From positions 32,001 to 96,000 of the IMG/VR virus record IMGVR_UViG_3300005330_000014: a DNA stretch of 64,000 bases; one strand, written 5' to 3'. The number at the start of each line of letters is the position of its first letter. Positions within the stretch are counted from its first letter, which is position 1. The DNA comes from a virus (Duplodnaviria; Caudoviricetes). Below, one piece after another: positions 1 through 8,945 of this stretch. Under the pieces are notes generated by a model. The model ran no database searches, had not been told where the DNA came from, and saw only the letters and a program-made list of their open reading frames with translations. The translations under genes and the position numbers were made by a program.

Positions 1-298
1 CATATAGAATAATAAACCAAACGGCAACTGTTGACTTACCTACACCGCGCCCCATTATACAAAGAACGTTATCTTTATTGAATAACATCTTAAGCAGTAT
101 CTCTTGAAACGGATACATTTCGATACCTTTGCCCGCAGTACCCGTGAGCAACTTCATTGTATAAGCCAAGTTATTTTCCAAGAACTTGGCTAGATAATAT
201 TTAGATTGTTCTTCGTCTATAGTTCCATTGACAGCACCAATTGCTTCATTAATATCTATAATGAATTGTGTTTTTTCGGCTGGTTCTATAAAACTCAT
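1..298 (-). CDS. terL: Terminase large subunit, N-terminal part (runs off window start)
   Basis: Manual translation, absent from ORF track: MSFIEPAEK...EMYPFQEILLKMLFNKDNVLCIMGRGVGKSTVAVW. YPFQ Q-motif and GRGVGKS Walker A; lies downstream of nuclease/sigma/PhoH genes. Confidence 0.8.
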   Translation of the reverse strand, partial: MSFIEPAEKTQFIIDINEAIGAVNGTIDEEQSKYYLAKFLENNLAYTMKLLTGTAGKGIEMYPFQEILLKMLFNKDNVLCIMGRGVGKSTVAVWFIILY

Positions 299-301
299 AA
301 A

Positions 302-1210
302 TTAAATTAGTTTCTTATTAACTAATAATTGTAAATCTGTTTTTTTAACTTTCTTTCCCAATTTTAAAATAAATTCAGCCGTTTTAGCTGCCGATTTCCG
401 GCCATCAACAAACACTATTTGGAAAATATCAAATTGTTCGTATAGGTCGCGCGCCCGCTTCGCAAGATGGTCAAAAGTTGATTGTATATGTTTAGTCTGA
501 GGAAGATACTCGATACTTTTGAAATCCGCCCAAGAACTTTCTACTAAAATAACTAAATATCCATGATCCTTTTTCGCACGCTGTAATTCTTTCTGAAATC
601 GTTCGTATCCCGCTGACATTGTGCCCGCGAAATCACTAATACTCTTACGTTCTATAGAAATTTTCTCATTATTAGCTAAAGCATAGTCACCATAGTGTAA
701 TTTATGCTTAACAATAGTAATATGTTTATCTAAATTTAATTCTTTTTGTTCACGAGTGTCGATAATTACTTCAATTGGGGCTGCCCAATCTATATCTAAT
801 TTCGTATTATTGAATCTAATTTGGAAATCTAATTTCTTACAAATTTCATTAAAAGATAAATTAAATTGTTTTTCAAACCAGAGAATGCTAGGTAATCCAG
901 CCAGCCGTAATTGTGTTTCCCCCGGCGCATACTTCCAATTCTTTTTCAACTTACGTTTAACTAGTAAATCAATAAACAATTCCTTCGCGGCCTCGGGATT
1001 TTTCTTAGCCCAAGCATTTCTATCATTTAAATCTAAAAATTGTGTCTCAAAATATTGTTCAATATCTTTCTTGAATACAACTGGATGACCCGTTAAAGTT
1101 TCGCGCGGCTCATGTCGTTCAAAGTAATCGGCAATTTTAATACTATGAAATTCCCAAAAGTGTTTATTACTTTCGATTTTCTGATTGCATAGTTTACAGA
1201 TATACTCCAT
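302..1210 (-). CDS. ERCC4/XPF-family nuclease with N-terminal C2H2-like finger
   Basis: IIDTREQ, LHYGDY, IERKSISDF ERCC4 motifs; N-terminal CKLC...H. Confidence 0.8.
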   Translation of the reverse strand: MEYICKLCNQKIESNKHFWEFHSIKIADYFERHEPRETLTGHPVVFKKDIEQYFETQFLDLNDRNAWAKKNPEAAKELFIDLLVKRKLKKNWKYAPGETQLRLAGLPSILWFEKQFNLSFNEICKKLDFQIRFNNTKLDIDWAAPIEVIIDTREQKELNLDKHITIVKHKLHYGDYALANNEKISIERKSISDFAGTMSAGYERFQKELQRAKKDHGYLVILVESSWADFKSIEYLPQTKHIQSTFDHLAKRARDLYEQFDIFQIVFVDGRKSAAKTAEFILKLGKKVKKTDLQLLVNKKLI

Positions 1211-1212
1211 AA

Positions 1213-2298
1213 TTAACTAATAGCTTCTTCAGTCGTCAATCCTAAACTCAATAAGATAGTATCATTTAACGTGTCTTGTCTTTTAATTTCCGTTTTTCTA
1301 TTTTCTTTTAACAGTGCTGCTTGCTTGAGCATTTTCTTACGATTTTCCTCTTCTCTGAAAAATTCGTAGAGTTGGGCAAGGTTAGCATTCTTATTTTGTT
1401 TATCTTCCGTACGTTTAGATCGTGCAGTATTTAAAATGCCGTAAATTCTTTCTTGGCGCTTAAGTACCTCGTTAAGATGCCCTGTAACTTTTCCGATTGT
1501 TTCAGCCAAAGCCATTGACGTTTTTCCACCTTCGTCATCGGTAATTCTATCTAACATCACATTTAACTTATCTAACTGTTTCTTTAAATCGGAAGCTTGA
1601 ATAATATCATTGCACCAGTTAATATATAAAGAAACTTCCTCGGGCATTAAATCAGGTTTATCGAATACCCCGCGCACGAATTCTGATTCAAAAGCCACCC
1701 GTTTTTCAACACTAGCATAGTTATTAATTTCTTGAATGAATCGCGGGGAATGTAAAAAGTTAATAGTATTCTCTAAGCATCTCTTCTGATATGCCGTCAT
1801 ACTCTGTAAACTTAATCCCGCATTAAGAAATAAATTAACTTTGGCAAGAATTTGATGAATAGTTTTGGGCGGCTCATATTTTTCATCCACTGGCGTTTCG
1901 TCCCCGCGTCGCACAACTTCTTCTCCAATTTCTTTTAAATAAGCATTGATCGCGCGCACTTCACGCCCTAATGGAGTAACTTTAGTATCAGGATTTAAAA
2001 CGCGGGCAATATCTATAACCCGTTGGTCTTTAATATTGTTTTTAATAAATAACTTGTCACTATCACTTAGAATAACAGGCTCTACTTTTTCCCACTCTTT
2101 AGTCTTGGCGCGAATCTTAGCATCCAAAAGAATTTGGCGAACTTTATGACCCGTTGCACTCCGAGGGTCTGATTCTGTTCCGTCAGTAAAAAAAGTAACA
2201 ATTTCATTAAGTCCCGGCGGAGTCCCTTTCTTGGAATTCCAAAAATTTAAAACCTTGGCTTTTTCTTCCTCTGTATAAGTTACATTTTGCACTGGCAT
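1213..2298 (-). CDS. Hypothetical helical/coiled-coil protein (possible small-terminase-like)
   Basis: 361-aa ORF packed between sigma and ERCC4/terL; role inferred from position only. Confidence 0.6.
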   Translation of the reverse strand: MPVQNVTYTEEEKAKVLNFWNSKKGTPPGLNEIVTFFTDGTESDPRSATGHKVRQILLDAKIRAKTKEWEKVEPVILSDSDKLFIKNNIKDQRVIDIARVLNPDTKVTPLGREVRAINAYLKEIGEEVVRRGDETPVDEKYEPPKTIHQILAKVNLFLNAGLSLQSMTAYQKRCLENTINFLHSPRFIQEINNYASVEKRVAFESEFVRGVFDKPDLMPEEVSLYINWCNDIIQASDLKKQLDKLNVMLDRITDDEGGKTSMALAETIGKVTGHLNEVLKRQERIYGILNTARSKRTEDKQNKNANLAQLYEFFREEENRKKMLKQAALLKENRKTEIKRQDTLNDTILLSLGLTTEEAIS

Positions 2299-2299
2299 A

Positions 2300-2572
2300 T
2301 TACTTTAATTCTAAATAAGATTCTTTATCTACTTTGACTAACTCTAACCCAAAAGGTTTAGTGTGTAATTCTTCAATATATTTCTTGTGCCTAGCATTTT
2401 CTTTATCATAACTTCCGCCTCGATTGGGATTGTAATACTCGTAAGCCCATCCCTGAATATCTTCGTACTCTTTTGATCCAATCACTAACTGAGTAGGGTC
2501 TGATTTATAAGTCCGCCGGAATTTAGTCCAAAGCTCATTTAAATCTTCTATTTTAAAGTAATCATCGTTCAT
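2300..2572 (-). CDS. Hypothetical protein
   Basis: Co-oriented, tightly packed ORF. Confidence 0.65.
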   Translation of the reverse strand: MNDDYFKIEDLNELWTKFRRTYKSDPTQLVIGSKEYEDIQGWAYEYYNPNRGGSYDKENARHKKYIEELHTKPFGLELVKVDKESYLELK

Positions 2573-2581
2573 ATTTTAAAA

Positions 2582-3253
2582 TTAAATCATTTCTTCCTCA
2601 ATTAGTATGCTTTTAACTAAATCAACTATCATATCTTTTAATTGCTTAATTGCCCTCATTCCCTGCGCCCGGCTCGAAAACTTTAAATCATTAATTATTT
2701 CAAGATCAGTTTTGTCTTCCAAGTAAATTGCATTAAAAATATAAAATTCATTATAGTTAAGTTTTTCCCTTAACTTATCTTTTAATTCCTCTAACTCTTC
2801 AAAAATATTTGATTCATCCCACGGCTTTTCACTTACTTCTTGGGTATGATGATCTAAAGCTACCGGGAGATTTATATCACACTGCGTTTTTTTTTCGGCT
2901 ACCCAATTCTTGTATATTTTGCAATTTAACGATTCGGTTTGTCCAAATAATTTGCATTGCCCGCCCGTTAGATTGGCAGGACACCCGGCGCAAGGAGAAC
3001 TAAATTTATAATAATGATTTCGTAAATGAGTTTTAATAGCATTACTACAAACTGTAGATAACCACTGAGGTAGTGGTCCCTTATCTGGATCGTATAAATG
3101 CCATTTATTCCATAATCTCATTCTTAATTCCTGCTCAATGTCTTCTTTGGAAATACTGGGAATTGCACCTTGGAGCTTCCACTTCCCAATATTAATAGAA
3201 ATAATCCTATTTATCTCAGGCAAACTTTCTTCAAAATCTAAAGTATTAGCCAT
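2582..3253 (-). CDS. Phage sigma-70-like factor with Cys-rich insertion
   Basis: Region-2-like EDIEQELRMRLW..YDPDKGPLPQWL..VCSNAIKTHLR; C-terminal HTH; four-Cys insert. Confidence 0.75.
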   Translation of the reverse strand: MANTLDFEESLPEINRIISINIGKWKLQGAIPSISKEDIEQELRMRLWNKWHLYDPDKGPLPQWLSTVCSNAIKTHLRNHYYKFSSPCAGCPANLTGGQCKLFGQTESLNCKIYKNWVAEKKTQCDINLPVALDHHTQEVSEKPWDESNIFEELEELKDKLREKLNYNEFYIFNAIYLEDKTDLEIINDLKFSSRAQGMRAIKQLKDMIVDLVKSILIEEEMI

Positions 3254-3255
3254 AC

Positions 3256-4083
3256 TTACTTTTTAGAAGGAGAATACTCTTCAATTTCCCCGAGAGATGT
3301 TGGATACCCTCTCCCCGGCGGATAATTATGTTTTGAATGACTTACATTCTGATTATGATTATTTTGATTATTTAATTCACGGAATTTCTTCGTAATAAAC
3401 TTGCATAAATCGGAACGCATAACATCCTCCTCTGTAAATTCCCAGCAATAGATGCCTTGATCGCGGGACTCTTGATTGTTAAACAAATTATATACAATAT
3501 CGAATCCGCTATTCTTAATATCAGCTTGTTCTGGATCGCCGCATACGAAAGTCTTGCAATATCTACCAATTCTACTTAAAAAAGTCAAAATCTCTTTAAC
3601 TGAACTATTTTGAGCTTCATCTAAACAGAGTGCTTTAACTTGATAATCTAGGCCGCGCAGAAACCCTAATGGCTGGCATACCAAACGATTTTCACTTTCT
3701 AATTTTTTAATTTCGGCTGGAGATAAGAACATATCTAACTTATCCAAGAAAGGCATCATGAAAGGTTGAATTTTCTCAGAGCTATTACCGGGCAGATAAC
3801 CCATTTTAGAATCTGCGCTCTCAACATTGCCGCGCACTAATATTAAATCAGATACTTTCTTTTGATTAAGTAACTGTAACATTGTAAAAATAGAAATACT
3901 TGTTTTGGAAGTGCCCGCGCACCCCTTAACAATCATAATTTGAGTATGAGGATCAAGTGCTAAATCTAAAAATGCTCTCTGATTTTCAGTCCAATTCAGT
4001 TCTTTGATTCTTAATTCAAAATCTATCTTATTCTTTTGAACTACTTTAGGGGACCGATCCTGCTTATTTTTATTTTGTGCCAT
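3256..4083 (-). CDS. phoH: PhoH-family ATPase
   Basis: GCAGTSKT P-loop, GYLPG, LGFLRG, DEAQN, GDPEQAD. Confidence 0.92.
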   Translation of the reverse strand: MAQNKNKQDRSPKVVQKNKIDFELRIKELNWTENQRAFLDLALDPHTQIMIVKGCAGTSKTSISIFTMLQLLNQKKVSDLILVRGNVESADSKMGYLPGNSSEKIQPFMMPFLDKLDMFLSPAEIKKLESENRLVCQPLGFLRGLDYQVKALCLDEAQNSSVKEILTFLSRIGRYCKTFVCGDPEQADIKNSGFDIVYNLFNNQESRDQGIYCWEFTEEDVMRSDLCKFITKKFRELNNQNNHNQNVSHSKHNYPPGRGYPTSLGEIEEYSPSKK

Positions 4084-4150
4084 ATATTATTGATTATTTA
4101 ATTATATAATTTTGTTTTAACTATTTACTGTGTAAATTATTGACTCCATT

Positions 4151-4423
4151 ATGAATATCGATATGATTAAAAGTTTAGAACATATAGAACCTACCCAACT
4201 TAACAAAATACTTATTATTTACCATACTTTTGAAATATTCGCGAAATTATATAAAAATTTATTAGAATCTAAAAAAATTTCACATTACTCTGTAGAAACT
4301 CAAATTGCATTATCTAAATTAGATAAATGGTGGGAGAACAGAAAGAAAATCCAATATTTTGAACCCAACCAAGATAAACAAGCATTACTTAAATTATTAG
4401 AACTTTGGGAATACTTAGGTTAG
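4151..4423 (+). CDS. Hypothetical protein
   Basis: 90-aa ORF preceded by GTGTAAA; convergent with tail-collar gene. Confidence 0.55.
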   Translation: MNIDMIKSLEHIEPTQLNKILIIYHTFEIFAKLYKNLLESKKISHYSVETQIALSKLDKWWENRKKIQYFEPNQDKQALLKLLELWEYLG

Positions 4424-4998
4424 TATTTAATAATATAATTTAGAATAATTGTTGGCTGTAATTTACTAACAGGATTATTACTTCCTGTATCCCCGGTAGC
4501 CACACTACTACTAGCAGTAGCAACAACAGCATCGCCACCAGAAGCTACTGAAGCTGTGCCACCGTCAATAGGTGAAACTGAATGATGATGAATAGGCAAT
4601 TCACTAATATCAAATACATGACTTTCTTCACCATTTGATGCCCCTAACGTTGTTCCTCCAATATAAGTTGTAGTTAAACGGCCAGCAGCAACGCCACCCA
4701 TATTATCCTTACCCGCCGGGATATTACCTCTTAAATCAGGTAAAACGAACGTGCTAACGCCATCCCCCGCCCCAAAAGTTGTTCCTATAATACCAAATAA
4801 ACTAGAATAAGTAACTCTACTTACTGTCTGACCATAAGAAAGTAGCCAACCAGTCGGAGCAGTAGCTCCCGCATAAGGTAAAACAATACCGGGTGGCAAT
4901 AAAGCAGTTAAACTATTCAAGAAAAGATTTTGCCCGTCAGTGGATAAAGTTGCTGTTCCTAAGAGGATTGAATTCGCGGCAAGTGCTGGAGTAGACAT
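4420..4998 (-). CDS. Phage tail collar domain protein
   Basis: PPGIVLPYAGATAPTGWLL..GQTVSR..YSSLF.IIGTTFGAGDG.STF.LPDLRG, C-terminal QPT..LNYIIKY. Confidence 0.9.
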   Translation of the reverse strand: MSTPALAANSILLGTATLSTDGQNLFLNSLTALLPPGIVLPYAGATAPTGWLLSYGQTVSRVTYSSLFGIIGTTFGAGDGVSTFVLPDLRGNIPAGKDNMGGVAAGRLTTTYIGGTTLGASNGEESHVFDISELPIHHHSVSPIDGGTASVASGGDAVVATASSSVATGDTGSNNPVSKLQPTIILNYIIKY

Positions 4999-5090
4999 TA
5001 TTTAAAAAATGAAATAAATTAACAAAGTTTCGTTAATCTTTACACTTTTCTGAGATTTTCTCTGTATTCACCGAATAAATTTATCAAAAG

Positions 5091-5118
5091 TTGACTTCCT
5101 TAATCTGAGTGATACACT
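5091..5118 (+). promoter_or_regulatory. Sigma-70-type promoter
   Basis: TTGACT-N16-TACACT with extended TG, upstream of plus cassette. Confidence 0.75.
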
Positions 5119-5162
5119 GGTAGAATCATATAGGAAGGAAAGCAAATCAAAAGACGAGGAAA

Positions 5163-5720
5163 ATGAACAATATCAAATTACCCTTTTCAGTAGTAAAAAT
5201 TTTAAGTGAGTCCGATGCCATTGATTTAGTAAATAAAGAGCCGAAGAAATGGAATGTTGTTTCTATTTGGTCGGGAGGCGGCGGAAAACACGGCAATACC
5301 CGGCCTGAACACCGCGCGGCCAAAACCTTATGTCAGCATCGTTTTCATGACATAACTTGTACGGAATGGGAAGCACAAGCGGGCGGCTGGATTTTATGTA
5401 GTAAATGGCATATTTTAACTATTTTAAACTATGCAAAAACTAAATACGATGAACCATTATTGGTGCATTGTCACGCGGGAGTTTCTAGAAGTAGCGCAAT
5501 CACTTTCTTAATTCTATTAGATTATTTTAAAGATAAATCAGAAAATCCAATTGACGATACTTTAACTTATTTAAATCAAATCAAACATTGGAGCATGATT
5601 ATTCCCAACAAACATATTTTAAGTTTGGGTATGCACATTCTGGCAAAAGATGCGGGACAAGAGATGGAATGGAATCGCATACTTTACAATCATAATATAT
5701 TTGCTAAATACTACAACTAA
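5163..5720 (+). CDS. Cys-dependent protein-tyrosine/dual-specificity phosphatase-like protein
   Basis: LLVHCHAGVSRSSA (HCxxGxxRS). Confidence 0.85.
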   Translation: MNNIKLPFSVVKILSESDAIDLVNKEPKKWNVVSIWSGGGGKHGNTRPEHRAAKTLCQHRFHDITCTEWEAQAGGWILCSKWHILTILNYAKTKYDEPLLVHCHAGVSRSSAITFLILLDYFKDKSENPIDDTLTYLNQIKHWSMIIPNKHILSLGMHILAKDAGQEMEWNRILYNHNIFAKYYN

Positions 5721-5729
5721 CTAATTTAC

Positions 5730-5803
5730 GCGGTGCTGGTGTTTAATGGCTAGCACGGGAGTTTTCCAAACTTTAGGAAAGGATTCGAGTTCCTTGCGCC
5801 GCA
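5730..5803 (+). tRNA. trnG: tRNA-Gly (TCC)
   Basis: Cloverleaf GCGGTGC/GCGCCGC, loop TTTCCAA, T-loop TTCGAGT; no encoded CCA. Confidence 0.85.
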
Positions 5804-5818
5804 CTTTTTAAACAATTT

Positions 5819-6040
5819 ATGTCAACATTTTTATCTGAAAAAAGAGAGTTATTGAATTCACTTTTGAAACAAAGAGAAATTGAATATAATAAATTAGTGC
5901 AAGCCTGTCAGTCGGGCGCTTACAAAGCTTGGAAAAAACGCAGAAAGAATTTAGACAAACTAAATGAACAATTACGAAATTTAAATTGTGGATATGGCGA
6001 TGAAAAATTTTATCAGAATACAAATTCCAAATCACAATGA
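5819..6040 (+). CDS. Hypothetical protein
   Basis: Packed ORF. Confidence 0.65.
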   Translation: MSTFLSEKRELLNSLLKQREIEYNKLVQACQSGAYKAWKKRRKNLDKLNEQLRNLNCGYGDEKFYQNTNSKSQ

Positions 6041-6669
6041 TAGAATATCCTTCAATACCTAATTCCAGCAAAGCTCCGCGAAAACATTGCGTAGCTTTTA
6101 ATAAATACGATGGGTCAAATTTCCGAGCTAAATGGACACAAAAACAAGGATTTAATCTATTTGGCACGCGGACCCAATTAATAGATGTTAATACTGAATT
6201 TTGGGGAGAAATGGTAGCAATCTTCCAAGATAAGTATGCAAAAATCTTAGATAAATATTTTAAATCCGAGAAGGATTATAGGAACGAAAGAGAAATAATA
6301 GTCTATGGAGAATTTTTCGGAGAACATTCATTCGCAGGCAGACATGAAAATGAGCCACACGATTTAGTTTTCTTTGATATTTTAGTTGGACATAAAAATC
6401 GCAAATTCATCTCCCCTTTAGAGTATGTAAAAGAATTTCAAGAGATAATTCCCGTTCCTGAGATTATATACGTAGGAAATCTAAACAACGACTTGATTCA
6501 AGACGTAAGAGATAATAAGTATAATTTAAAAGAAGGGGTAATTTGCAAAGGCACCGAAAAATCCGGGGCTTATGTTGGCGGTATTTGGAATTGCAAAATT
6601 AAAACGACCGATTATTTTAATAAATTAAAAGAATTACACGCAGAAGATTGGCAAAAATATTGGGAATAA
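6037..6669 (+). CDS. ATP-dependent RNA ligase (Rnl2-like)
   Basis: KYDGSN (motif I), YGEFFG, FDI, EGVICK, KIK. Confidence 0.8.
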   Translation: MIEYPSIPNSSKAPRKHCVAFNKYDGSNFRAKWTQKQGFNLFGTRTQLIDVNTEFWGEMVAIFQDKYAKILDKYFKSEKDYRNEREIIVYGEFFGEHSFAGRHENEPHDLVFFDILVGHKNRKFISPLEYVKEFQEIIPVPEIIYVGNLNNDLIQDVRDNKYNLKEGVICKGTEKSGAYVGGIWNCKIKTTDYFNKLKELHAEDWQKYWE

Positions 6670-6673
6670 ATCT

Positions 6674-6880
6674 ATGAACGATAGATCAGAACGGCAAGGA
6701 TGTTATATTAGCGTAGAGGAAGCTAGAAAAATAATTACAGAGTTTATCAAAAGTAAATATAATAGAACAGTTGATTACATAGATGAAGATTACGAAATGG
6801 CAACTTATGATTTAGAAACTGGGCAAACTCTTTCTGAAGTGCTGGCGGGATTTAACGTCAAATTTAAAAAACAACATTAA
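6674..6880 (+). CDS. Hypothetical protein
   Basis: Packed ORF. Confidence 0.65.
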   Translation: MNDRSERQGCYISVEEARKIITEFIKSKYNRTVDYIDEDYEMATYDLETGQTLSEVLAGFNVKFKKQH

Positions 6881-6889
6881 AAAATAACA

Positions 6890-7291
6890 ATGAATACTAT
6901 AATCAACCTCTTAATTCAACATGACTTTTTAGTTTTACTAATTAGTTCAATTTGGGTATCGGCAATGATTTCCCTTGCGGCAAAAGAGGAAGGAATATTT
7001 ATTCCCTTAATCGTATTGTCGTTTCTTGTATTATTTGTAATAACAAATTTACTCCCGCCTTATGGCAATTGGGAAACTGCAACTGTTACCGGAATAATTC
7101 CAGCCGCCGAGTTACAATCAATAGAAATGCCCGACCATACTATTGAAATTTGGCATGGCGAAAAGAAAATATGGGTTTTGAGTCAACTGAAAGATTATTT
7201 AAAGAAAGATAAAATAGATCATATGGAATATAGGCATAAGGATTTGTTTGGAATTGATTATGATAGCAATAGATTGATATTTGAAGACTAA
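6890..7291 (+). CDS. Membrane protein (2 N-terminal TM)
   Basis: Two hydrophobic segments. Confidence 0.65.
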   Translation: MNTIINLLIQHDFLVLLISSIWVSAMISLAAKEEGIFIPLIVLSFLVLFVITNLLPPYGNWETATVTGIIPAAELQSIEMPDHTIEIWHGEKKIWVLSQLKDYLKKDKIDHMEYRHKDLFGIDYDSNRLIFED

Positions 7292-7682
7292 GTTTATGAG
7301 CAATACTTATAAAGACGCTAAATTACAACGTAAACGACGTTTAGTTAAAGAAATTAGAAAACGTAAAAAAGAATTAGGCTTGTCTGATGTTTTATATTTT
7401 GAATGTGTTGATTCTGAATTGAATGGAATGATGAAAGAATTAAAGAATATTCAAATTGAACTTGGAATTAAGAAAGGATTTAAACAAGAGCGCCGACATT
7501 CTGCCGCGCATCGCCACGCCGCCATGAAAAATTCTAAGAAATGCGCCCGAATTAATAAACATGTTAAAAATCGAAAAGAATTACAAGCTACGTTGAAAGA
7601 AGATTTTTGTCATAATTGCAATTGTATTCCTTGTTGTTGTCAAATCGGGGGATACTCTGGCGATGAAGAATGCGGCTACTAA
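7281..7682 (+). CDS. Basic hypothetical protein with Cys-rich C-terminus
   Basis: CHNCNCIPCCC motif. Confidence 0.6.
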   Translation: MKTKFMSNTYKDAKLQRKRRLVKEIRKRKKELGLSDVLYFECVDSELNGMMKELKNIQIELGIKKGFKQERRHSAAHRHAAMKNSKKCARINKHVKNRKELQATLKEDFCHNCNCIPCCCQIGGYSGDEECGY

Positions 7683-7685
7683 ATT

Positions 7686-7973
7686 ATGAAACTTTTTAAA
7701 TTAAAACAACAATTGTTAAAACGAATTTCCAAACTAGAAAATAGATATGGAAAAGGTTATCCTATAAAACGTTTAGAGTATGCTCAAGAAGCAGTAATTA
7801 ACGTTCTTTTAAATTATCTAAAATCTTTAGAGTATCATTATCGAGATGACATATTTTTGAAGCCGCGCGGCCATAAAAACCATCCAGAATATAACGAAGC
7901 AATGAACTTTCTCAAATTACATGGAGAACAAATAGATGACGATGTATTCTCAGAATATAGATTAAAAAAATGA
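7686..7973 (+). CDS. Hypothetical protein
   Basis: Packed ORF. Confidence 0.65.
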   Translation: MKLFKLKQQLLKRISKLENRYGKGYPIKRLEYAQEAVINVLLNYLKSLEYHYRDDIFLKPRGHKNHPEYNEAMNFLKLHGEQIDDDVFSEYRLKK

Positions 7974-8176
7974 ATATCCCAAAACATTTAGTTCCATTTA
8001 CAGATGGAGATTTAGTATGTTATAGGCAATTACACCCACCCGGGGAAGATGAACACTATGAAATAGTTGACAGATTGGATACTAACGCGGGATTCGCTAG
8101 AAGTTTACAAACAGCCAAATTTATAGTAGATTCAATTAACTTAGCTTATAAAATAAGCAAAATACACGGAGAATGA
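7970..8176 (+). CDS. Hypothetical protein
   Basis: Packed ORF. Confidence 0.65.
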   Translation: MNIPKHLVPFTDGDLVCYRQLHPPGEDEHYEIVDRLDTNAGFARSLQTAKFIVDSINLAYKISKIHGE

Positions 8177-8187
8177 ATCCGCGCTGC

Positions 8188-8361
8188 TTACTTATGAAGC
8201 AATCCACCAATTAAAGGAATAGCAAAGTAAAGTAATTGAACCAAAGCAACTAAGCCTAAAACAATATCAACAACTTTCTTAAACCACTCTGGAGTGACTG
8301 GGATTGCGTGATTGATAAGGTATAAACCAAGTAAAACAACTAATAGTATTAATAGTGACAT
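8188..8361 (-). CDS. Small 2-TM membrane protein (Thivi_2564-like)
   Basis: Manual 57-aa ORF MSLLILLVVLLGLYLINHAIPVTPEWFKKVVDIVLGLVALVQLLYFAIPLIGGLLHK; fills the gap antisense. Confidence 0.65.
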   Translation of the reverse strand: MSLLILLVVLLGLYLINHAIPVTPEWFKKVVDIVLGLVALVQLLYFAIPLIGGLLHK

Positions 8362-8394
8362 ATATAGAGTTTACACTAAATGACTGAATAATTT

Positions 8395-8616
8395 ATGAAA
8401 ATACATTTTCCTTTCGTTTATCCGCCGATTTCTTGGGGCGACGTAATCTATCTTATTAACATACGATTTCTTTTTTGGCATTTCCAAATACTTGAAGAAA
8501 CTAGAAAAAGAGGATATTGGATTTGTTTGAAATTCAATAAAACTCAATTGTGGCTATTCTTAATCGCTTTAAGATATAAGAAACAGTATTGGACAGCTTT
8601 TAAAAACCATCAATAA
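8395..8616 (+). CDS. Hypothetical protein
   Basis: Packed ORF. Confidence 0.55.
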   Translation: MKIHFPFVYPPISWGDVIYLINIRFLFWHFQILEETRKRGYWICLKFNKTQLWLFLIALRYKKQYWTAFKNHQ

Positions 8617-8634
8617 ACAATTTAACTTTCAAAT

Positions 8635-8718
8635 TCTTGGGTGGCGAAATTGGTAGACGCACTTTCCTGTTAAGAAAGAGTCGAAAGACACTTGCTGGTT
8701 CGAGGCCAGCCCCAAGAG
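8635..8718 (+). tRNA. trnN: tRNA-Asn (GTT) with class-II-type long variable arm
   Basis: TCTTGGG/CCCAAGA acceptor, CTTTC-CTGTTAA-GAAAG, V-arm GTC-GAAA-GAC, T-arm GCTGG-TTCGAGG-CCAGC, G73. Confidence 0.85.
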
Positions 8719-8731
8719 TTACTTTAAAATT

Positions 8732-8895
8732 ATGAACAAACGAACAAAACTTAAATCAATAACAAAAAGGATAGGCTCTTGTGATTTTGCTGCGCGGATA
8801 ACGTTGAAATCGAATTTATAAATAACCGTACGATGGCGGGATTCGCTTTTTGTAAAGATACAGAAGCTTGTCATAAAAGGGATAAATCAAAATAG
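8732..8895 (+). pseudogene. Small Zn-finger gene with apparent 1-nt frameshift
   Basis: Adding one T to TTTT at 8785-8788 gives MNKRTK...GSCDFCCADNVEIEF...AFCKDTEACHKRDKSK. Confidence 0.5.
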
Positions 8896-8945
8896 AAAAT
8901 ATGACTAAATCACAAGAATTTTTATCTCAACATTGTAATTAAATA

